Assembly (NCBI GenBank): GCA_003516025.1
Contig: CP023991.1
Location: 961,374-993,373 of the forward strand
DNA: 32,000 bases
Reading direction: 5' to 3'
From: Candidatus Saccharimonadota bacterium
Lineage (GTDB): Bacteria; Patescibacteriota; Saccharimonadia; Saccharimonadales; UBA4665
A model generated the notes under the pieces. It made no database searches and was not told the DNA's origin. It saw only the letters and a program-made list of their open reading frames with translations. Shown here piece after piece: positions 6,495 through 14,955 of this stretch (position 1 is its first letter; every line of letters starts with the position of its first letter). The translations under genes and the position numbers were made by a program.

Positions 6495-8174
6495 TTAGAA
6501 ACTGCCGGGAGTGAACGGCGGTGGTACTGGCGGCGGTGGCGGGCCCTGCGGCGGCAGATTATTATTATTTGGCGCTGTTACGGGCGGTTGGGCCTGGCCG
6601 AATCCGGCGGGCGGCAACGGCATAGTAAACGGTTGATCAGCCGGAGAAGCTTGCAGTGGTGCCGGTTCGTTCGTTGCTGGGTTGAGCGGCTGCGCCGATG
6701 GTGCTAACGGAGCTGCCTGGCCAGGCGTCGGCGAGGCGGGCATATACGCGCCGGCGGCTGGCGACATGGAAGGTGTCTGTAAGTAATCAGGGATGGCGGG
6801 AGCCTCTACTTCTAATGGTGCCGGCTCGGCAAGCTGAGTTGTCAGGGCAGCAGCGGCTTCTTCATCGTGGCCAAGGTCAAGGTTTACCGGTACGGCATTG
6901 AGCGCGACAAGCGGTTCGGTAGACTCGGCGTCAGTACTGACAAGAGCGCTTTCAACAGCCTTGCGGGCCGAGTCAAGATCTGTATCTAATAATTCTGGTG
7001 CGGTTGGTTCATCAGCGGCAGGTTGCTGGTTCTGGGTTATTGGTGCTGCCTCAGTTTCCTGTTCTACTTGAGGAGTCTGGGCGAGATGCGGGCTATGCAC
7101 GGCGGCTTCAATGTCAGCTAAAGTATCTTCGTCGTCTATCTCCGGTTTGCCAACAGTGCTGGCCAAGCTTGGCGTGGCAGTCGCGGTTGGTTCAGGCAGC
7201 GTTAGAACACCGTTTTCTGATATCAAGTCATTAATTTCTGGCTCGGCTGCGGCATCCAGTTTCAGGGTTGACGGCAATTCATCGTTGTCATCAGTCCCCT
7301 CCGGTTCGGTGTGCGTAATTTTTAGCGGGCCGGAATCAGCGGCCGGTGCCTCTTCGGCTTGTTCCACCGCTTCGATTGGTTCAGCGGCCGGCTTAGCGGG
7401 CGCGGCAACCTGAATCGGGTGCTCAGCTTTGGCAAGTTCATTTGATACGAGCTGCTGATTGGCACCGGCGGCCAGCAGCGTAGCGCTCATGGTCATAGTA
7501 TATGGAGTAGTCTTTTGGTTGCCGAAATGATCGGTCTGGGCAACAATACCGGTTAAGAGCGCGGTGGCGATCTGACCATCAAACAAATTGCTGCCAAGAT
7601 CCCCTGCCAGACTGGAGACCAACTCCGACACGCCACTGGCGCTAATATCCTGCCAGTTGACTGAGCCAATGTTATTATCGGGCGTGTTATTAACACTGAT
7701 AACCGTAGCATCGTGGAGTATCCGGCCATGGGCTGTGATGGCAGTATCGATATCCTGTTGTTGACGCACGCCAAGCGCCATCACGACATCGACGTTAAAG
7801 TCTCCCTGGCTATAGATCAGGTCTTTTTCGCCGATACTGGAACGATACGGCGTGATGAAAATCTTAACAACCTCGTCTTCGACTTTGTAACGCAGTTTAT
7901 CGGCCTTGGCTTTGTCGATAGCAATAATAAAATCGCGCAAGCTGTCGGTGTTCTTCTCGATAGTCTGCTCAGGCTTTAAGAATTCCAGAGTTTCGGGCAC
8001 CTGGCCACTGAAGACAGCCGTAGCATGCTTGCCCATTTTAGTAAGCAGCAGCGTCAGGCCAATACAGGCCGCCAGCTGATCCACGGACGGATTAGTACTA
8101 ACCGTCACAAGAATATTGTTGGCGGCTTTCAGTTTTTCGACGACGGTCTGTTTCTGCTGGTTTTGATCGTTCAT
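6495..8174 (-). CDS. DHH-family (NrnA-like) domain protein with degenerate catalytic motifs and a long Pro/Ala/Glu-rich disordered C-terminal tail
   Basis: 559-aa ORF. The N-terminal ~250 aa resemble the DHH fold, with LLTGIVAQTDHF matching the GIxTDTGxF motif. The position upstream of truB matches nrnA in Gram-positive and actinobacterial operons. The C-terminal ~310 aa (about 6495-7420) are low complexity and end in PPQGPPPPPVPPPFTPGSF. Confidence 0.7.
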   Translation of the reverse strand: MNDQNQQKQTVVEKLKAANNILVTVSTNPSVDQLAACIGLTLLLTKMGKHATAVFSGQVPETLEFLKPEQTIEKNTDSLRDFIIAIDKAKADKLRYKVEDEVVKIFITPYRSSIGEKDLIYSQGDFNVDVVMALGVRQQQDIDTAITAHGRILHDATVISVNNTPDNNIGSVNWQDISASGVSELVSSLAGDLGSNLFDGQIATALLTGIVAQTDHFGNQKTTPYTMTMSATLLAAGANQQLVSNELAKAEHPIQVAAPAKPAAEPIEAVEQAEEAPAADSGPLKITHTEPEGTDDNDELPSTLKLDAAAEPEINDLISENGVLTLPEPTATATPSLASTVGKPEIDDEDTLADIEAAVHSPHLAQTPQVEQETEAAPITQNQQPAADEPTAPELLDTDLDSARKAVESALVSTDAESTEPLVALNAVPVNLDLGHDEEAAAALTTQLAEPAPLEVEAPAIPDYLQTPSMSPAAGAYMPASPTPGQAAPLAPSAQPLNPATNEPAPLQASPADQPFTMPLPPAGFGQAQPPVTAPNNNNLPPQGPPPPPVPPPFTPGSF

Positions 8175-8256
8175 ATGTCTTTATTTTAACGCTTTAGGGT
8201 AGATAAGACCACATTACCATAAGCTTATATAGTTGTCGAGAACATTATGTATCGTT

Positions 8257-8285
8257 TTGACAAAACTCTCCTACCCCTGTATAAT
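8257..8285 (+). promoter_or_regulatory. Consensus sigma-70 promoter of rpsT (TTGACA-17-TATAAT)
   Basis: TTGACA is at 8257-8262, the 17-nt spacer follows, and TATAAT is at 8280-8285. This gives a ~40-nt leader with AAAGGAA ahead of the ATG at 8332. Confidence 0.65.
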
Positions 8286-8331
8286 TTCTCTTCGATTAGC
8301 GTAGCAATTAAACGTGAAAAGGAATTAGTAC

Positions 8332-8742
8332 ATGCCAATCATTAAATCAGCTAAAAAGCGTGTCCGCACCGCTGAAAAAGCTGCCATCCGTAACAGCAAG
8401 ACCAAGCGCACTTTGAAGACAGCCCTTAAGGCGTTCCGCTCTTCATTTACCGCTGATGACCAGGCTAAAGCGCAGGGTGCGCTCGATACCGCTGCTAAAA
8501 AAGGTCTGATCCACAAGAACAAGGCTGCCCGCCAAAAGGCTCAGTTAGCCCGTGCCGCTAAAGCTGCCGGCACTGACGCTCCAGCAAAGGCACCCGCTAA
8601 GAAATCAACTGCCGCCAAAACCGTTAAGTCCCCTGTAGCTGCTCCAGCTAAAAAGACTACGGCCGCCAAGAAAGCTACGACTGCTAAGCAGGCTCCTGTC
8701 AAGGCAGCAGTCCGCAAGACCACCAAAAAGACCGAAAAGTAA
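8332..8742 (+). CDS. rpsT: 30S ribosomal protein S20 with a Lys/Ala/Thr-rich C-terminal extension
   Basis: The N-terminus MPIIKSAKKRVRTAEKAAIRNSKTKRTLKTALK is typical of S20. The protein is 136 aa versus roughly 87 aa for usual S20. The extra ~50 aa consist of AKAPAKK / AAKK(A/T)T repeats. Confidence 0.9.
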   Translation: MPIIKSAKKRVRTAEKAAIRNSKTKRTLKTALKAFRSSFTADDQAKAQGALDTAAKKGLIHKNKAARQKAQLARAAKAAGTDAPAKAPAKKSTAAKTVKSPVAAPAKKTTAAKKATTAKQAPVKAAVRKTTKKTEK

Positions 8743-8763
8743 TACTTTCAGTCTTTGCTAAAA

Positions 8764-8794
8764 CCACCTGCTCCAGCGGGTGGTTTTTTATTTT
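8764..8794. terminator. Bidirectional rho-independent terminator between convergent rpsT and the 8788-10236 gene
   Basis: The stem pairs 8764-8771 with 8776-8783 (CCACCTGC/GCGGGTGG, including one G-U pair) around the loop TCCA. It is followed by TTTTTTATTTT on the plus strand and preceded by AAA, which becomes a short T-run on the minus strand. The stop codon of the minus-strand gene (8788-8790) lies inside the T-tract. Confidence 0.7.
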
Positions 8795-10236
8795 GTCGCG
8801 GCTTGCAAAGTCGCGTATTCCGCCCAGCGGGCAACTTCTTCTATTTGCTCGCGGAGCAACGTATTGTCCGGTGATTGTTCCTGGCATTTTTCAAGTAATT
8901 GCTGCCTGTCCCCGCCACGAGCCAGGACGCCAAGGATGGTTATGCCGCGCTTGATGTAACTCGCGGCCATAGAGGCCTTGTCGTCATATTGGGCATCGGG
9001 CTTGTTTTTCTCCGCTCTACGAAAACCACTGCTAAATTGGTCTTCGAGAAAAGCGAACACGTCAACGCCGCCATAAGACGCATCAAGAATTTCATGGAAA
9101 TCGCGGGCGGTCGGACCGTCGCCATCTCCTTCTATAAAGGCCGCGATGGCCGGTTGCAACAAATCGCTATTGATTCCGGACGTCAGAACTGCCGCCATAG
9201 CTGAACGATAATTAACGTACTTACCCTTGTCACCCCGCAGACTGGGCATAACGGTTTGATAATCGCCGTTCACCGCCGCCAGCGTCAAATGCTCAGTCAT
9301 AGCCTCATTCATAAAAGCGATGTTGAACTTGCCAAATACGGCATGATACATTTCATGGCGGAACAATTCCCGGTCAAAGTCTTCTTCGACTACAACGCGG
9401 CCCGAATCGTATATGTGGTAACCGCCCGTATTGGTCATCAACAGATCGAAGACATCGCCAACCGTAACCTTGATGTTATCGATGCGCGCGAGGGTATCCA
9501 GGGCCGCGCTAGGTAGTTCGCCACTTGCAACGTCATCGGCGATACGTGCCTTCATTTCTTCGCGGTAAGCGTCGATGCGCTCGCATACCTGAGGATCACG
9601 GTTACGCTCCATAGTGCGCTGATCATGCCACTGCAAAAAGTTCACCAGCGTTTCATTCCCGGCGTGAGCTAACCATTCAACCCGGTCCGGCGTATCTACA
9701 CGACCGCGGTCGTGTATTTTAGTAATATATTTTTCATAACTATTCTGAAACGTCACGGGAACATCCGTTTCGAGATAGGCGTTAAGTGACTGACGCTTTT
9801 CGTTCGGGACTACTTCGCCGTCCTGCTCGACATCGCGTTCCAGGGTTTCGATTTCCTGCAGTTTATCGCGGATCTGCGATAAAGCCTGCGTGCTCGCCTC
9901 TTTAAATTTGACCGACTGGTTAAAGATTTGATCAGCACTGATGCGGTCGGCAACGGTCGAATTTTGAGTTTCGGAATGGCCGCGCATAGCGAGGCCAGCG
10001 ATATAACGAAGGCCTGAGTCTTCGTGGTGCAGCCGATGAACCCCGCTTTCCTGAAATCCCATTTGCTGGTTGTAATCGGCCGAGCGGTCATACCAGTCGG
10101 CGTGCATTTCGGCGCTCAAGCGGTATTCATCCTGCTTTATAACATCTTGGCCAAAAGGCACGTAACCGGGCATATGCTCGGGCTGTGGTATATCGAGGGG
10201 CTGTGGCGGCAAGGCCAACTGTTCATTTTTTGACAT
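8788..10236 (-). CDS. Hypothetical protein with a gluzincin-like HExxH...NEAxxE metallopeptidase motif and no obvious signal peptide or TM segment
   Basis: 482-aa ORF containing FRHEMYHAVFGKFNIAFMNEAMTEH. This is an HExxH followed 13 residues later by NEAMTE, reminiscent of the thermolysin-type NEAxSD third-ligand segment. I cannot assign a family by eye. Confidence 0.6.
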   Translation of the reverse strand: MSKNEQLALPPQPLDIPQPEHMPGYVPFGQDVIKQDEYRLSAEMHADWYDRSADYNQQMGFQESGVHRLHHEDSGLRYIAGLAMRGHSETQNSTVADRISADQIFNQSVKFKEASTQALSQIRDKLQEIETLERDVEQDGEVVPNEKRQSLNAYLETDVPVTFQNSYEKYITKIHDRGRVDTPDRVEWLAHAGNETLVNFLQWHDQRTMERNRDPQVCERIDAYREEMKARIADDVASGELPSAALDTLARIDNIKVTVGDVFDLLMTNTGGYHIYDSGRVVVEEDFDRELFRHEMYHAVFGKFNIAFMNEAMTEHLTLAAVNGDYQTVMPSLRGDKGKYVNYRSAMAAVLTSGINSDLLQPAIAAFIEGDGDGPTARDFHEILDASYGGVDVFAFLEDQFSSGFRRAEKNKPDAQYDDKASMAASYIKRGITILGVLARGGDRQQLLEKCQEQSPDNTLLREQIEEVARWAEYATLQAATK

Positions 10237-10272
10237 ATTTTTGTTTTTATACGTAAAGTATTACTTACATAT

Positions 10273-10297
10273 AAAACATTAGCATATTATTGCTAAT
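10273..10297 (-). promoter_or_regulatory. Shared 13-nt motif plus a 7-6-7 inverted repeat in the promoter region of the 8788-10236 gene
   Basis: On the minus strand, ATGCTAATGTTTT sits at 10285-10273, 36 nt upstream of the ATG. An inverted repeat ATTAGCA-N6-TGCTAAT spans 10278-10297. A candidate -35 TTGCAA lies at 10300-10305 with TAATGT 17 nt downstream, so the promoter is weaker than the one at 5662-5690. Confidence 0.45.
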
Positions 10298-10318
10298 TTT
10301 GCAATATGTTTAGTCTAA

Positions 10319-11239
10319 TCAGACCGCAATAGTCAGCAGATAATTAAGTAGGGCATCGTCAGCATTCAGCGCTTCCCTTTTCAGGCGTTGGTCAATGACG
10401 AGCAAATCGTGGACCAGGCGTTTAGTTTCGGCCAGGCTTATGCTGCGGGCGATGCCGGCCGTCTTCTTAACAACGTAGGGGCTTAGTTTGGCGGTTTTGG
10501 CAATTTCCTCAGGAGTTTTACCGGTGCCGGCTTTAACCAAAGCTAGAATATGCAGCTGCCAGGCCAGCATGGCGATAATTTGCTGGGGTTCAACCTTAAG
10601 CGCCCGCTGTTCGCCGTACAGTTGTGAAGCTTTTTTGGTATTACCGGCAAAGGCGGCTTCCAATAACTGAAAAATAGTACTCTGTGGTGTGGCTGGCGTA
10701 AGTTCCTCGATAGCCTTCCGGTCGATTTTACTACTGTACAGTGATAATTTTTCCAGTTCGCTGGCTAAGCTTTGCTGGTTGGTGCCGACCCGGCTCACCA
10801 GATAAAGCGCGTCGCTTTGTGAAATGGCAGCCTGTTTTTCTTTAGCCAGGTCGCTCAGCCAGCGGGCCAGGCCGCGTTCGTCGAGCTCGTTGAACTCCTG
10901 AAAACCTGTTTGCTTCTTAAGGAATTTGTAATAACTGGAGCGCTTGTCCAGTTTTGGCTCGACAATGATGAGACTGGTAGTGTCCGGCAATTCCCTGAGT
11001 AAACTTTCGATATTTTCAGCGAACTGCTTATTATTGCCGGGCGCCTGGAGGACGACCATTTTACGCTCAGTGAGGAATGGCAGGCTTTGCAGGGCCTCAT
11101 GCAAACGTTCAAAACCGGTTTCGTCTCCGTCAAGCCTTTCGAGCGCCATATCATCATACTCAGCCACGAAGGCGGCGACAAGCTTACGCAGTTCAGCGCG
11201 CAGGCCAAAATTATTTGTCCCGGTAAGTATAGTGATCAC
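10319..11239 (-). CDS. holA: DNA polymerase III subunit delta
   Basis: 306-aa ORF whose N-terminus MITILTGTNNFGLRAELRKLV...ALERLDG, length and helical C-terminal domain are typical of HolA. Confidence 0.85.
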   Translation of the reverse strand: MITILTGTNNFGLRAELRKLVAAFVAEYDDMALERLDGDETGFERLHEALQSLPFLTERKMVVLQAPGNNKQFAENIESLLRELPDTTSLIIVEPKLDKRSSYYKFLKKQTGFQEFNELDERGLARWLSDLAKEKQAAISQSDALYLVSRVGTNQQSLASELEKLSLYSSKIDRKAIEELTPATPQSTIFQLLEAAFAGNTKKASQLYGEQRALKVEPQQIIAMLAWQLHILALVKAGTGKTPEEIAKTAKLSPYVVKKTAGIARSISLAETKRLVHDLLVIDQRLKREALNADDALLNYLLTIAV

Positions 11240-11321
11240 TCCTACCAGTATACCGGTAGCGGCCGTTTGTAGGATATCCCGCTTTCACGCCAGCAAAAAT
11301 ATGGTATAAACATGCATAGGT

Positions 11322-13508
11322 ATGAGACCATCTGTAGTTATTGTTTCGAATCGATTACCGATTAGCGTTAAGAAAGTTGATGGCAAACTGGAATTCTATC
11401 CGAGCGTCGGCGGTTTGGCCACTGGCTTGTCTTCCTACGTCCGCGACAAACGCAACAAGTGGATTGGCTGGCCGGGTATTCCCAGCGAGCAAATCACCGA
11501 AAAAGAACGCCAGGAGATAACTGACGAACTACTGAAACATAACTGCTACCCTGTGTTTTTGAAACAAAAACAGCTCGACGATTACTACAATGGCTACTCA
11601 AACACTATCCTCTGGCCGCTATTCCACGACCTGCCGGCTCGGGTAGGATTGGAAGACCACGACAAGTTCTGGAAAGCCTATCAGTCCGTCAATACAGCCT
11701 TCGCCGACACGGTGTTGGCTCTCAGTGAAGCCAACAGTACGATCTGGGTCCACGATTATCAGTTGCTGACACTCCCGGCCATATTGCGCGCCGGCCGTCC
11801 TCAAGCAAAAATCGGCTTCTTTTTGCATATCCCTTTCCCCGGCCTGCAAAGTTTCGGCAAAATTCCGTCCGGTAAAATATTACTGGCCGGCATGCTCGGC
11901 TCCGACCTGGTGGGGCTGCACACTAAAACGTATGTTGATAACTTCTTAGCAGTTACAAGCGAGCTGACCAGTGATGTTGTCGGCAAAAACCAGGTTATCC
12001 TGGGCGATCGGGCGGTACGGGTCACTGATTTTCCAATGGGCATTGACTACGAACGCTTCACCCGGGCGCGCGAGCTTAAAACCGTCAAAAGCGAGCTTAA
12101 AAAACACCAGCGCAAGTATAAGGGCCTCAAAGTTATCTTAACAGTCGACCGCCTGGACCCGACAAAGGGCGTGGCCGAACGCCTGGAAGCGTACCATGAA
12201 TTCCTGCGGCAAAATCCTGGTTGGCGCTCAAAAGTCATCATGGCTATGTTAGCCGTTCCATCCCGTACCGAAATCGAAGAATATAAGCAGCTCCGTGAAA
12301 AAGTCGAAGGCCTGGTAGCCAAAATCAATAGTGAATTCGGAACCAGCAAATGGCAACCGGTCGATTACATGTACACCACCCTGCCTGTCGAGTCAGTAAC
12401 CGCCTTATACCAGGTGGCGGACATCGCATTTATCACCCCTATCCGTGATGGCATGAACCTGGTAGCCAAAGAATACATTGCCAGCAAACCGAAGAATGAC
12501 GGCGTACTTATTCTCAGTGAAACCGCGGGCGCGGCCCAGGAATTAACGCAGGCCCTGATGGTGAATCCTAAAAAACCGGGCACACTGGTCGACGCCCTGA
12601 CTAGCGCAGTTAATATGCCGAAGCGTGAACTGAAGCAACGGATCACCACCATGCACAAACAAATCGCTACTCATACCGTACAGGATTGGGCAGGCACGTT
12701 TATGAAAAACTTACAGAAGCCTATCCCGAATACCCGGCATATCACCCGTACGGTCACCCGTGACCGCGAGCAGGACATGGTTGATTCCTTCCGGGCCGCC
12801 GGCGCGCGTATGATTTTACTTGACTATGATGGCGTCCTAGCCCCGTTCGCTGACAAGCCAGCCAGTGCTAAACCGTCTGCGGCCACAATTAAGTTACTGG
12901 AAAAGTTGGCCGCTTTGCCGAATACCGACGTTATTATTATCAGTGGCCGAGGCAAAATTGATTTGGAATTGTGGCTGGGCGATTTGCCATTGACATTAAT
13001 CGCCGAACATGGCGCCATTATCCGTAAAGCCGGTAATAAAAACTGGCGGCGAGTGGTAAATGGCAACCAGGACTGGCAAAAAGATGTCGAGGTCTTGCTG
13101 GAACGCTACGCCGCCCGCACACCCGGAGCCTTCGTAGAACATAAAGACTATTCACTCGTCTGGCACTACCGTAAGGCTTCCGCCTATTACGCCCAAAAGC
13201 ACCTGGTGGCACTCAAGCGGCTACTCAAAAAGCCAGCTAAAACATATAACCTGGACGTCCGCACCGGCAACAAAATTTTAGAAATCCGGCCTGTTGGTGT
13301 CACCAAGGGCACGGCAGCTGCGGACATGGTTGAAGCCAAACCGGATTTCGTCCTGGCGATTGGCGACGACTACACCGACGAAGACATGTTTACCAGCCTA
13401 CAGTGGCCAGCTTACACCGTTAAAGTTGGCCGCGGACCCACGGCAGCCCGCTTCCGTATTCCACGGATTGACGGCGTACAAAACTTGTTGAAAAAATTTG
13501 TCCGCTAA
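11322..13508 (+). CDS. Bifunctional trehalose-6-phosphate synthase / trehalose-6-phosphate phosphatase (OtsA-OtsB fusion)
   Basis: 728-aa ORF. The N-terminal ~470 aa form a GT20 domain (VVIVSNRLPISV..., GGLATGL, WIGWPG, LWPLFH, TPIRDGMNLVAKEY). The C-terminal ~240 aa form a HAD phosphatase (LLDYDGVLAPF, ISGRG, GDDYTDEDMF). Confidence 0.9.
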   Translation: MRPSVVIVSNRLPISVKKVDGKLEFYPSVGGLATGLSSYVRDKRNKWIGWPGIPSEQITEKERQEITDELLKHNCYPVFLKQKQLDDYYNGYSNTILWPLFHDLPARVGLEDHDKFWKAYQSVNTAFADTVLALSEANSTIWVHDYQLLTLPAILRAGRPQAKIGFFLHIPFPGLQSFGKIPSGKILLAGMLGSDLVGLHTKTYVDNFLAVTSELTSDVVGKNQVILGDRAVRVTDFPMGIDYERFTRARELKTVKSELKKHQRKYKGLKVILTVDRLDPTKGVAERLEAYHEFLRQNPGWRSKVIMAMLAVPSRTEIEEYKQLREKVEGLVAKINSEFGTSKWQPVDYMYTTLPVESVTALYQVADIAFITPIRDGMNLVAKEYIASKPKNDGVLILSETAGAAQELTQALMVNPKKPGTLVDALTSAVNMPKRELKQRITTMHKQIATHTVQDWAGTFMKNLQKPIPNTRHITRTVTRDREQDMVDSFRAAGARMILLDYDGVLAPFADKPASAKPSAATIKLLEKLAALPNTDVIIISGRGKIDLELWLGDLPLTLIAEHGAIIRKAGNKNWRRVVNGNQDWQKDVEVLLERYAARTPGAFVEHKDYSLVWHYRKASAYYAQKHLVALKRLLKKPAKTYNLDVRTGNKILEIRPVGVTKGTAAADMVEAKPDFVLAIGDDYTDEDMFTSLQWPAYTVKVGRGPTAARFRIPRIDGVQNLLKKFVR

Positions 13509-14380
13509 CTCTGTTCGACCTGTTCTTTCGGACAGATATGGGTACCCCGTCCGGCCACTCGGAGCTTTTCGATAATCGTACCGCAGCGCGGGCATGGTTG
13601 TCCTTCGCGGCGAAAGACATTGGCGAACGTCAGATACTTGCCACGCTTCCCTTCGGCGTCAACGTAGTGCTGGTCGGTCGAGCCGCCTTTGCTGATACTC
13701 AGTTCCAACACATCGCGCAATGCTTTATATAAAGCTTTAATTTCCTGATCAGTTACTGTCTTGACCAGCCGCTTAGGGTGGATTTTTGCGCCCCATAAGC
13801 TCTCGTCGGCATAAATGTTACCGACACCGGCAATTACGCTCTGGTCGAGCAGCGCGGCTTTGATGTTAGTGTTTTTACGGCGCTGCAGGCGCTCCCTCAT
13901 AATTTCCCAGGTAAAGTCATTGCCGAGCGGCTCGGGGCCAACTTTTTGAAAGAAGTCGATCATGGGGATTTCGGCGGTCGGAACCAGGCGTACCCAGCCG
14001 AACTTACGCTGGTCGTTAAAGAACAGGCGGGCGCCGTCGCTAAGGTCGAAGATCACTCGCGTTGAGCGGTCGGGCAATTCGCCGATCAGGCTGTCGTTGG
14101 GATGTCCGGCACCAAACCGCTCATTGTCTGCCCGGTACACCATCTGGCCGGTCATCTTAAGGTGGATAATTAGGCTGTACTTGGTACTGAGTTCAATCAT
14201 CAGTACCTTGGCGCGGCGTTTAACGGCTACGACTTGAGCGCCAATCATGAATTGTTCCACATCGGCGGGCGCGTTAGGAAAACTTTTTGGGTTGTCGGAA
14301 GATACGGCGATAATAACAAGGCCTTCGAGTAGACGGCTCAGGCCACGGCGGACGGTTTCAACCTCTGGAAGTTCCGGCAT
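13505..14380 (-). CDS. mutM: Formamidopyrimidine-DNA glycosylase (Fpg/MutM)
   Basis: The N-terminus MPELPEVETVRRGL carries the catalytic Pro2/Glu3. H2TH and C-terminal finger regions are present. The finger reads CPRC...THICPKEQ, so the fourth Cys is replaced by Glu. Confidence 0.92.
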   Translation of the reverse strand: MPELPEVETVRRGLSRLLEGLVIIAVSSDNPKSFPNAPADVEQFMIGAQVVAVKRRAKVLMIELSTKYSLIIHLKMTGQMVYRADNERFGAGHPNDSLIGELPDRSTRVIFDLSDGARLFFNDQRKFGWVRLVPTAEIPMIDFFQKVGPEPLGNDFTWEIMRERLQRRKNTNIKAALLDQSVIAGVGNIYADESLWGAKIHPKRLVKTVTDQEIKALYKALRDVLELSISKGGSTDQHYVDAEGKRGKYLTFANVFRREGQPCPRCGTIIEKLRVAGRGTHICPKEQVEQS

Positions 14381-14397
14381 ACTACCATTGTAACAAG

Positions 14398-14955
14398 CTA
14401 AACTAGTCTAAGAAGCAAATTTGTGAGGACGGACCTTGTTTTGCGATGACGACGCGTGGTATCAAGTATTAACTTACTGACACCACCTTCGAGGCGGCTA
14501 TCTGATTTTTCTGCTAAAAAGTCGAGAGCCACCAGGTCGTCACCTTCACGCCTAGGCTTGAGCGCGGTCTTCTTTACTGCATCGTGGACAATTACACGTT
14601 CCCTATCAGTAAACTGAGCCGGGAGCTCTTCACCCATCTCGTCATTAAGATGAAAAGGCTTTTCAAATATCACTTCCCCACCATTGTGGCGGGTTTCGTC
14701 TGCCTGAGCGCCCTCTTCAACTACAACCTCGTGGCGTACAAACCTACGAGTCAAATCTTCGACCGCCGTTGCAACGCTTGGCGTAGCCGCTATAACTGCG
14801 AACTCGGCGATAGGTATCGCTTTATGTAATGCCCGCAACCTGGCTTCGGACCCATAAGTCGCATCTAACTCCATAGTGATAGCCTCATCAGTCAAGACAT
14901 GAGTGAGAAAAAATGCTTCTTCGACTCGAGTGGGTTCAGCTAATGCGTGGGTCAT
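14398..14955 (-). CDS. Hypothetical protein (185 aa, acidic, no recognisable family)
   Basis: Long ORF with no competing frame. CATAAT lies 5 nt upstream of the ATG, and the perfect palindrome TTAGCGCTAA (14967-14976) sits just upstream of that. The function is unknown. Confidence 0.45.
   Translation of the reverse strand: MTHALAEPTRVEEAFFLTHVLTDEAITMELDATYGSEARLRALHKAIPIAEFAVIAATPSVATAVEDLTRRFVRHEVVVEEGAQADETRHNGGEVIFEKPFHLNDEMGEELPAQFTDRERVIVHDAVKKTALKPRREGDDLVALDFLAEKSDSRLEGGVSKLILDTTRRHRKTRSVLTNLLLRLV

Noticed and set aside
6558-6569. The ATT trinucleotide repeat (attattattatt).
   Set aside because: It simply encodes the Asn4 run (NNNN) within the low-complexity tail of the DHH-like protein. 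It is not an independent microsatellite feature of interest.
7111-7413. A plus-strand 100-aa Ser/Ala/Gly-rich ORF and other ORFs antisense to the DHH-protein tail.
   Set aside because: They are a product of the low-complexity, GC-skewed sequence that encodes the Pro/Ala/Glu tail on the minus strand. There is no independent support.
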